A DNA stretch of 64,000 nucleotides. Origin: Tubulanus polymorphus (Eukaryota > Animalia > Nemertea). Numbering within the stretch: the stretch's first letter is position 1; each line of letters starts with the position of its first letter. The stretch lies in assembly GCF_964204645.1 (NCBI RefSeq), contig NC_134030.1, forward strand, positions 6,738,778 to 6,802,777. Reading direction: 5' to 3'. Below the pieces are notes generated by a model. It did no database searches and was not told the origin of the DNA. It worked only from the letters and a program-made list of their open reading frames with translations. The position numbers and the translations under genes were made by a program. Positions 15,378 through 25,873 of the stretch are shown piece by piece.

Positions 15378-16760
15378 AACTAGGGGTCCAGGGACACCAT
15401 GTCCACTTAGAAAGTGGTTTCAATTGCTCAACTATCTAACAATTTCAATATTCAACACCCCCTGGTGACCATATTCAAAAACCAATGACCTCAAAACTCA
15501 CCAATCATAGAACATGTCAGCAGCTACGATTTTGTAATTGATTGTGATAACAAAATAAGCCTCATTACCAATCTACTAGGCCTATGGAAATACTAGGAGT
15601 CATTTCTATACTAGTATAAAATGCGTATAACTAAAAAAAAACTTTAGGACTCAGTAACGACTTACCTATTTCATGGCTGACAACTTGCACGTCGAAATTG
15701 TGTTTTGGGAGAGGTGACAAGACCTTTTCCCTTCCGATCTTTTTGATCTCCTCATTGTTTATTCTGAAAATGTAAAAAAAATTGATTTAGCATAGGCGCC
15801 TTAATGATAACGATGGAAATTACAAAATTGCATTGAGCTTCATGATGGTCAATCATCATATAGGCCTACATGTAGGCCTACCAATATAGGCCGAAGTGCA
15901 CAACATTGTTCATACAGAAGGAAATCAAATGAGACTTCCTCATAGTTACTTATCAAACTGCCAGAGCCATGAGAGCAGATACTGTGCTTAATTGAAACCA
16001 TAATCTTAGAACATGTCACAAGCTTACAATTTAACAATTGATTGTGGAAACAAAATTGTGATCGAAATTCAACAGAGGTCATTTTCAAGACTGATGACAC
16101 TTAAGATGGTGGCCAATTGCACGATAATTGACTGATTGCAAAAGCGCTCTAATATGATCTCTTCTCAAAGAATATCCATTACGGTGCAGATTCTAATAAA
16201 AAATGCAAAACCACTAGGAAGCTGCTGTCTCAGCATTCAGAGCAAAATTGACCTTTTTGGGCAAATGACCACCACCACACATCCACTCGACTCAATTTGC
16301 CTTATGCTGATGGGCCTTGGGGGGATACAATTATCGCTGAAAGATTAAGACAAACGATGAATCGATTTCAACATTTGCCTTGAAAACATCAAAAATGTTT
16401 AAAAAGTGCTGATTTCAGTGAACAAAATGGCCACCAGTTGGCCATCTTGTTTCTGACCGCGCCAATTTTTTCGACTGAAGATGTACCTACGGTAGGCCTA
16501 GATGCATGTTGAATTTCAATTCCTAAACGATCAATTGAAACTTCTTCCAATTCTTAAATAGCTGGAGTCCAACTATTGACCCGCATAGGCCTAAGCACAA
16601 ACGAAAACTTTAAGTGAACGCAATAAACTCAAGTCCAAGTGGTCTAAAAACTACTGAAAAGTGCGGATTTCGGCAAACAACAATGGCTGCCAGTCGCCCA
16701 TCTTGAATATGATCGGGCCAGTTTTTAGGCTGCAGATGGTGTCGGTTCAACTCCGGATTA
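15378..16760. mobile_element. Degenerate non-autonomous DNA element, possibly Helentron/HINE-like
   Basis: Begins AACTAGGGGTCCAGGGACACCATGTCC with a small GGACA/TGTCC hairpin. Carries two diverged units about 256 bp apart (AAAAGTGC..ATTTC..AATGGC..CCAGT..CCATCTTG at ~16402 and ~16657). No transposase ORF; classification rests on motif resemblance only. Confidence 0.35.
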
Positions 16761-16825
16761 GGTCAATATAGTTATGTCATGGTGGGTTTTCTTTTATGAA
16801 GTGAGTGGTTCGGTTCCTGATTTTC

Positions 16826-17392
16826 GAACGATTCTGCTCCTCGACAATGTCTACAATCTAATTGTCGACCGATTCTACCTGTCGACCAATTCTACTGTCG
16901 ACAATGTCTACAATCTGATTGTCGACCAATTCTAGCCTATCCGTCGACAGTGTCTACAATCTGACTGTCGTCTGATTCTACTCATCGACAATGTCAACAA
17001 TCCTGATTGACTGTTAATCAAATGATTGCAGACAGTGTTGACGAGTAGAATTGGTCGACAAATTTTGGCTGATTCTACTCATCGACATTGTCTACAATCC
17101 TGATTCTTACCAATTCTTCTCGTCGACACTGTCTGCAATCCTGACTGTAAATCAATTTCTGTGTGTAAGGCTGTGTGTGTGTGTGTGTGTGGATTAACCT
17201 TATAGGGTCTATAAAGTGGCTGGGATCGAGGGTCACCTACCTCCATCAGTTGATTTTCACAATCAGGGTTGTAAACATTGTCGACGAGTAGAATTGGTCG
17301 TCAATCAGGATTGTAGACATTTTCGTCGAGTACAATCAGTCACCAATCAGATTAATGAATAGACAAGAACGATCAGCCGACAAACAGGATTT
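16826..17392. repeat. Inverted minisatellite (foldback-like) of ~41-bp GTCGAC-containing units around a (GT)n tract
   Basis: Approximate unit CCAATTCTACTCGTCGACAATGTCTACAATCCTGATTGTCGA. Forward copies at ~16826-17010 and ~17066-17155; reverse-complement copies at ~17020-17062 and ~17258-17392; (GT)n at ~17172-17191. Confidence 0.85.
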
Positions 17393-18221
17393 TAGAACTA
17401 GGCCTAGGGCTAGGCCTATTTAAGATAGACTTGACTTCGACTGTATTTCGATGCTTATGCCTACCCAGAAAATTAAGTGATAGGCCTATAGGTATCCCAA
17501 AAAGATCACTGCCAATCGAAAACAAATAGACTTTAGGTTACAATAATGGGATCCGATACGGCAAGCAACATTGCGGCTTACTTGATAGCCGGTACCCACT
17601 CTCTCACTCTCTTCTAATAATTGGGGAATAATTGCTTTCTCAAGGTACCACGGACCACCGGTTCGGATGAAAGACGTTTTTACATTACATGATTAAGAAG
17701 AGACACTTCTAACCTACCTGCGATTAGGCCTACCAACGAAATTTAGCAAAATTCAGGGAGAACAGCTGCCGCCATTATCAACGGTTTGGTGATCAATTCA
17801 ATTCAATTCACCGGCTCTGATTCGAGTTATCCGACTTCGTTCTTAGGTGCTACATTTTCTTCACACCGCTTTGTTGGAAAACGTAGATCGTTGTAGGGTA
17901 ATTTAGACGCTGAAAACTTTTTAGAACTGCGTGAGTGACAGCTTAATTTTAGAACTATTTTCATAGCGCATGACGACCTACTAGAGTAGTGCGCCGCCAA
18001 GTTCGAGATTCGGCCGCTAGAGGCACCACCGCACGATGCGATGTATATATTTTCGGTATGAAACTCGATTACGCGAACTACCCTAAAACGAATCTGCCAT
18101 CTATCTTAAGATGATTTAAGTCAAAATCTGGTGCGCGTTCTTTTGGCTGACGCGCTATAAAAATCTGGCGCACAACAAAGGTTTTAAATTGAAAAATAGC
18201 GCGTATCTCGGAAATATGAAA

Positions 18222-18222
<1 letters not shown>

Positions 18223-18276
<54 letters not shown>

Positions 18277-18282
18277 TATATA
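18223..18282. repeat. (TA)n microsatellite
   Basis: About 30 TA units with one CA interruption. Confidence 0.97.
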
Positions 18283-18421
18283 AATAGCGCAATGGAAAAT
18301 GCCTTCTATAGATGTTTATGAGACGCCTGCTGTAAAATCGATGTACGATTGTCATACAAGTATTTGATAACTTTGATAATTAATAGATATTATCATTACA
18401 TCGTTATCAATTACTTTTTAG

Positions 18422-18702
18422 GTTCGATTCCGGGGCCGTTATTGTTTGGTGTAGTGATGGATCAGTCGTGTCTGATTTGGCAGGAGAAATGCGGTGAAAC
18501 CGGCTCATGTTGGATGTATGACAACCGAATGATGTCGCTGTGCGTCTTTGGACTGGGAGTTGGACTGTCGAGTTTAGGCGGGATTCTATACGCATTGGCC
18601 TTGTTTTTCTATAAACCCCCCAAGCCGGATTCCGTATCGGAGCCATCCACCTCACCGTCCCCGGACGCGATATCAGATACGACAACCGTTATTTCTTTAT
18701 AG
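18422..18702 (+). CDS. Terminal coding exon of an organic anion transporting polypeptide (OATP/SLCO, SLCO4-like); upstream exons not in window
   Basis: Acceptor ttttttag at 18421. Encodes GSIPGPLLFGVVMDQSCLIWQEKCGETGSCWMYDN, the OATP TM11/extracellular-loop-6 signature, then TM12 and a P/S-rich tail. AATAAA at ~18736 and 18831. Confidence 0.9.
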
Positions 18703-19115
18703 TATACACGTAATATAGACGCGTATTTTTTAGAAATAAATATTCTGTCCGGAAATTTATATCTCCACACCAAACAACTTTTGATTTCCATACATCGTGA
18801 CTTCACTTATGAACATATTTTTTGATACTCAATAAAACTCAAAAGCCGCTTTTGATTCAGGTTCCTGGTGGGTTTTAACATGTATCAAGGATATTGGTAA
18901 AGAATGGGGCTTATAAAGAGAAACAGGACAAAACGCCTTCAATGATTGATGCATACCTATTTTTACTCTATCATATATATATATTTAAAGTATTATTTCT
19001 TAATCTATTATTTTACACATGGATCATGTCAATACTATCTATTTGAACGTTATCGACATCATTTCATTGAGATTTGATTTTACTCTATTCCATTATTTGC
19101 GAACGACGTCGTCGA

Positions 19116-22100
19116 TCATGATTCGGTCATCATACTCTTGATGCTATCTCGTCTCTCGTCTCCGATCTGGTCAATTACGAGTCGTTTATAGTGAGCTTTG
19201 AACAGCATTAACAGCGGTATACATAGAATTATCGAGCACAACAGACACCAGTTTACCCAGGCCGTTCCTGCGAATAGAAAATCGAATGCAAGATTCACAG
19301 CGGTGGATCATAGGGGCAGGGTACCCCCCACTATTTTGTCAATATAACCTTTTCACAAACCTGGCTTAACAAAGTTACACATATACCGTGGCAAATAATT
19401 GCCGGTCATTTTGTTAAGATATCATTCAAGATGCCCAGAAAATGATCATTTTTTAAGATTTTCCTGCTAAGTACAAAGTATACAATTTTTCATCAACGTT
19501 GGCGGGAGTTACTTACCGATACCGGGTATCCAAAACAGGAACAATAGTATAGACGCCATAAGACTGACCGACATAGTCAAACAACCGCAGGTGACGAATT
19601 CAGCAATCGGATAACACGTCTCACACGTCATCTCGAAAAATAACGGTATAGTGCCATTCAAAAACGATATACCCAAAATACATGATATATATAGCGTGGC
19701 TGAAAAATACAAGTTAATACAATTGATTAAGTTCTGAAACTAAGACAGACCTTACAAAATATTTGTTATTCTTATGAAGGGTTTTATGTTAATAAAATCT
19801 GTGCTGATTTGATAAATCGCGAACTCACGTATCGTCAGTTTAGTCCACCCCATGCAAATACAAGTAAACCAGGCCATCATAATTGCTGAACCAGTAAACA
19901 GCGCTATAATGAACTCTTTCATTCTCCCAGCGAACAGATCCGCCAACCTTAAAGATTATAGAATATTATCAAAATGAGTTAAAATGATAATCAATTAAAG
20001 ATTATCGAGGTCTATTCATATTGAAATTTAGTAAATGTGCACGTATAATCTCGTTTTACCGGCCGACGAGTAGACCTGCTATACAGCCTCCGATAGTTGA
20101 GTAGAAACCTAACCATCCCGCTACATCCTATGACAAAACAATCGTACACCAATCTAGAGGATATTCTATATTTGATTAAAATGGAAACAAGTGAAAGACA
20201 GAATAGAAAGAAACACTTTCAAACTACTACGATCATAGTAGTAGATTGAAAGTGTTTCTTTCTATTTACTAACCTGCGACACGTGAAGAGGACTAAGAAT
20301 AACTTCTAAAACTCCACTCCATCCTATATAGAAACCACCCGACAAAGCGTACGGCGTTGCTGCCAACCAAAACCCCGTATTTCTGTAACGAAAATAATTC
20401 TTCACGCATACTTCAGATGCTACTCTAAAGCTGTCTTGTAGTTGTTTATGCTTTTAATTCGAAATGAGATGATACGTTGTTTAAAAAAAAATATTAGACC
20501 CTTAAATACATAGATATGGAAGATGGATCACCTGGGCTCACTGCTAATCGATATGCAAGAGATCGTACTTACGAGAATATTTCAATGATACCCCTTTTAA
20601 AATCGACTCTATCGGTGGAAGCGGTTAAACTCGGCGGTTTTGGTGGGTGTTCCGGAAAATATATACATATCACTATAAACAACAACGTCGTCCACCCAAA
20701 CTCTGCAAAATCATGACATGCATTAGATTGGGAATGAAACACCTGATTTCCTATACGAGGCTGATAACAAAGAACGTACCAATATACATCAGTTTCATGA
20801 TGCCATCTTCTTGATTCTGAACGTAGTTTTCGTCTTGCATTTTCAGCGACTTAATGAGCTCTTTCAGTTGGCTTGGATGATGCTGCAAACTGTGTGAACA
20901 ATATTGAACGGTTTCAATTCGAATTATATGTGATTTATTGACATGGACTTGATTACAATATTTTGCACGTCGGGTTTTATTTCTGAAATTTCTGTACCTC
21001 GAATTGATTGCGGTGAAATTCACTAGTTTCGAGTTCAACGGTGGTGATGATACCATTATCGGCCCTAAAAAGTATACATTTTCATAGAATGAAGAAACTC
21101 CAAACCGTCATTATTATGTATTGAGCGAATGGATAATACGATAAATGATTAATTTACACAAAATAACGATGTGATTTATGTAGGAAAATATGTACAAACC
21201 GAAAAAATGAATGAAAGCTATCAGAATGTTACCTATAATGAATGGAATAGCGATACCGATGTAGATGAAGATGCTGCCTATAGCTGTGGCAGTCGTGCGT
21301 TCAGTAGCCGGAAACCACGTGGACGATATGACCGGTGGCGCCGCCATACTAACGGGCCCAGCGAGCCCATTCAATATGGCCCCTATATGCATCAACCTAC
21401 ATAATATATAGTATATCCATATATTTCGTTTCTACGATGAATGGATCCAAATTAAAACAAAAAGAATATCATCTGTGAAATCAATTGCACTGAAAGCCTA
21501 ACAGGTTCGGTCTCCCAATTAGGGCCTAATTTAGACTCGAGTAGGAGCTAGTGACTGAACATAACCAACATCACAGGGAACAATAGAATTCCGCCTGGGT
21601 ATGTCGACTACCGGAAATTATTCACCCTCAATAACCATCACTGGTGAGTGAGGAAGCTTTTAACAACATCAAATATAGCTCGAATGCAATCATTGGAAAC
21701 CTGGGAATGGGTTCATTGCGAGAGTAATGTACAAAGATATATGCGGTTTTCAGGGATGAATACGTGAAAGTATAATAAGCAATATAGATAAAATATGAGA
21801 ATATGATAAATATGCAAACACTCTGTGCTAGTGTTTTTACAGTTATATGTTATATTCTTACGAATTGTGGATAATATATTCTTCCGCGAGAAAAGAATGC
21901 CATAGAAAATCTACCAGAATCATTCGATTTTTATTCTACAGCAATTTTTCTACTCCAATTTAGTGCATCTATACATAACAAAGAGCGGTCACAGCGGTCA
22001 CGATGAAATAGCCAGCATGAATGACGTCATTAAAATCAGCGGAGAAAAATTAAACTTACCACGAAACAAGCGGTGGTTTAGGAGTTATACATCGTATACC

Positions 22101-24253
22101 GGTTCCTAGGGTTAATAACCCAGCCGTAACTACCACAGACCATCGCAATCCTATAAAATGATATTTGAAATAGACAAAAACCAAGAATTCAATTTTAGAC
22201 TATCTACGCATTCAAATTGAATGCACGTTATTTGGGGGTTTTGGTACTGGAGTTACTGAATGAATGGACAGTCTTCCATTCATTTCGTAGCCATTAATTC
22301 GACTTTTCGTCTCATTCTTTTGCGGTCTCAGCTCACAGCACTGCGTTACATAAACGATGGATATTGCTTCATCTACTAATAATTAATGCGTTAAAAGCTT
22401 TTTGCATCGAATGCGTGTCGTGTAATGATAATAATTGCGTGCTGTTAGAACGACCGAAGACGTCGAACAAGAATTTAGAAATTACATGAATTTCCAATAA
22501 ATGGGAGAATAATGATTGATTGGTTCGCACCGATCGATTGCGGTGTCCATGTTCGTCTGAAGTAGAATGGTTTGTATCTGCATCACACCGAGTCCTGAGA
22601 GTGTGTGTTCATGAAACCAGGTCTGCCTGAAAAGGTCTGCCCACCTTTAATGCCTTGATACAAAGGTTCTTGGACTGAAATCATCAGCATGAACCTTTTT
22701 GTCGGTGTTGTAGTCTCATCGATGCAAGGGTTCATTCAGTTAATAAATACTTTGCAACCTTTCACCTATGCATCCATTGTGTTGAGAGGAGGGGCGCAAG
22801 TTCGCCGAATCTGCGATCTTCGTTCGATTAACGAGGATATTAAGTACATATTCTTTTTTTTCAATCATCTATATAGCTTTTGATAGTTATTACAACTAAT
22901 TGATAAATCAACGAAATAGATTCGATTATTCGCACTGTGCTGCTTCGGTAATCGGAGGCTAGTGATGAAAGACTACTGCGACGTTAATAGGTCACAGCAC
23001 GCTAAAAATATCACGAAGAATGACAACGGTGATTAGTTGAATAGTTTTGACTAGAAATAATCGAAAAGCGAGAGATGACGAGGAAATGAAAGGCATGTAA
23101 AGTGAAATACGTGTCCTCGACACAGCAGGATCGTTTCTTTAAATGTGACGAACTACAAACAGCGCAACACAAGGCTCGACGACAGATCTAATGATTAATT
23201 AAAGAACCGATCTATAAAGTTACTCTATGTTATTATCAGACCTGTCAAGGCCCGCGTAGTCGGAATCTGCGGATACGGAATGAATCATGTCGACTGTATC
23301 CAGAATCTAACGTTCATTAGCCAGCCGCTTGTCGAGCAAAGGTTAGAAATTCGATGAATAACGTCAATTATAAATCAAGATCGTGTTCACAGCTAATGCA
23401 TATAAATAAGGCTAGAAAATATCGTTCGACCGGCCGTTCTCTCACCACGACGTCTATTAGATAAAGACTGATGCTACCAATCACTGCAATAATCCGATCG
23501 AAAACACGCTGTAATAACTGACGTCATGCCGAGACACAAGAACGAGAAAAACACGCTCGCAGATAAATTTCTGTCGCAGGTTTTTTTTAAAAGTATCTGG
23601 AACAATTTTTGAATTGAATTTAGAAATGAAAAATAATTGACTGTTGAATTAAAATGATTCTATCTACAAAAGATTGTGTTTTTCTTTGGTGCTGTCGTGT
23701 TAAATATCTTTAAGACTAAGCAAAAATAGAATGTTAAGATTAATTAGAAAAATACAAATTGCAGTCATTTATCGACATAATCAGTACCTTTTTGTTCCAT
23801 GAGCCACAGGAAAAATACCATAGACAAAACGATGGTAATACATGTCCAATTCGACAATAGGGCTATTTCTTTCTTCTGTATTCCGAATACAATTTCAGCC
23901 GACTCAGCGATCGGTCCCCAGGTGTTCCAAACGGCCGACTGGGTCAACGCCAGCGACGAGAATAAGAACAATATGTACCACCTCACCGGGTAAACATCAG
24001 TGGCTAATTCGCCCCAGATAAACGGACTCGTCTCCTCTTCGGCGATGGTCGTGTAAGGTGGTGTAGCCGGAGGTGTCCGATAAAATGCCTCTCGCACGTC
24101 CATCACCGAACCACCCTCCGAATAGTACCTCTGCAAGCGCCTAGTCCTGTCGTTCACCTTTTTATCGATGGCCGACATACTCGAGGTACGAACGACGGGT
24201 TGTTCCCGGAGACTCATAGTTCTCGTTAATCGCATGTGGTTGATGGCCGGCAT
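19116..24253 (-). CDS. SLC49A4: SLC49 family MFS transporter, DIRC2/SLC49A4-like (11 coding exons, 552 aa)
   Basis: Exons 24253-23788, 22150-22060, 21396-21233, 21064-20998, 20889-20780, 20702-20573, 20382-20274, 20127-20060, 19947-19829, 19699-19517, 19267-19116. All introns are GT-AG with consistent phases (total 1659 nt). Motifs: VYPVRWYILFLFS, QSAVWNTWGPI, GLRWSVV, LNGLAGP, WFPATERTTATAI, YFPEHPPKPPS, PLFFEMTCETCYPIAE, YKRLVID. Confidence 0.93.
20202..20266 (-). other. Near-perfect 65-nt hairpin at the 5' end of SLC49A4 intron 7
   Basis: AATAGAAAGAAACACTTTCAAACTACTAC / loop GATCATA / GTAGTAGATTGAAAGTGTTTCTTTCTATT: a 29-bp stem with 1 mismatch. It starts 7 nt after the donor of a 146-nt intron (20273-20128). 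Confidence 0.85.
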
Positions 24254-25609
24254 TTTCGACGGGTTTATCGTACCTTTTTAACTATGTAGACCTAAATATT
24301 TCCTGAATTAATGAGAATATTCCTCGAATTGGAAGGGTTCCACAAGTCCAGTCCTGTAGATACGTATGTTTTTCGTGCTTCTGGATACAGATTCAACGCC
24401 TATTAAACTCTTCCGCGCCGCTACGAAACAGCTTCCACAACTTTGATTACAGAATATTCCAATATTTTACGGCGCGAAGAAAAATGATTCAACGCAAAGA
24501 TAATGGTTTTTAATATAAGATGATTTTATTCGCGATAACGACGTGTATGCAATAAATCATTGATGGTTATGATTGCTTATCGAACACTCGAACCTTAACG
24601 ACAACGACAGCGATCCAGACGTTAGCCGCCGCGCAATACCGTATGCGTTCCTGCGGGCTGTCGGTGCAGCTCCGTCAACGGCTCGATTGAGATGTTCAAT
24701 TTAAAACCACACGCGATCATTGGATGTTGGCTATTGATGAAACGTCACGGTGCCATATCGAATCGACATCGTGCCTTTGATGTTGGAATCACTGCCGGCT
24801 CGTAGGCTGATTGAGAGTAGTTTTAATTTGAGTGCAATTTAAAACATCGAGGTCTCATTGAAGAGCAGAGCTTCAGGCGAACAAGATTTCATTTCGGTTA
24901 TAGCTAATACCTTGCGCTTATCAGATTCATATGTATCGGAAGGAAAAAAATATGGGCCCATTCGAGATAGGCATGTACCATACATAGAATATTCGTTTTA
25001 TTTTAGGGGGGGGGGGGGGGCTACTGTACTGGTTCAGATTAACCACACCAAAACATATTAAATTTTATTTTACACAGTTTGAAAACCAAAAAATGACCTT
25101 TGCCCAATTGCCTTGGCTTTCACAGCGAAAGAATATTAAAAAATCGTCGGCGATCAGATTCACAGGGGCCTGGTTGGGGGCTTCAATTTCAATTGATTTC
25201 ATAAGAAAGGGGCCATGGTGTCTGGCTGTTGTGACATCCATCGTTACATTTTGTCGACAACGCGGAACGGAAGCCACCGATGCAAGCAATTATCTTTTCC
25301 TTTAGTAACCGTCACTTCACGATAATGGCTTTATGAGCGTTTTTCGATAATGGCATGCGACCTGTCTGTGACATCTGTGCCACGGGAAAGGCCCTCATCT
25401 CTCGCTTGTACTATCGAGAATTCTGTCGGGGAAGAAATTTTGTATGTTTGTCAATTAAGGTAACGAGATACTAGTTACCGATACTATGATTCATTATGCC
25501 GAATAAGACGCCATTGGCAACTAGGCCATTTTGTAATCGGTGAATGAATAATCCGAGTTTATGGGATTCGAACCTATTTCTCATATGATTCAAACCTATT
25601 TCTCTCGTA

Positions 25610-25790
25610 CTGCACCAACCAATTAAATTTAATCGACAAAACATTAAACCAATCGTGCGAGTTTTGCTTGGGCGTGGTTCTAACGCTGATTGGGTCCTCT
25701 TTATCATGGCGGGAAAGTGTTCGGTAGCGCACTCATGAATCTCGAGCGCGCGAAACCGACAGCTTACGGTGGAGAAACAGGAAGTGTATT
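25610..25790 (+). promoter_or_regulatory. CCAAT/E2F/ETS-type proximal promoter of the Lifeguard gene, within the divergent SLC49A4-TMBIM interval
   Basis: CCAAT at 25619 and 25649; ATTGG at 25689; GGCGGGAAA at 25708; GCGCGCGAAA at 25746; CAGGAAGT at 25778. CpG-rich, about 100-250 bp upstream of the ATG. Confidence 0.55.
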
Positions 25791-25873
25791 TTATCTCCTC
25801 CCCGAAGTGAAACTATTCATTTCGCCACTGTTATTTTACAGGAAATAGAGCGGAAGATTAGCAGTAAACAGCC

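Noticed and set aside
17985-18105. CTCF-like motifs (CCGCTAGAGGCACC) as an insulator at the satellite-gene border
   Set aside because: Imperfect match lying inside a transposon-like segment with inverted repeats (~17883/~18076). Not supportable without a PWM scan or ChIP.
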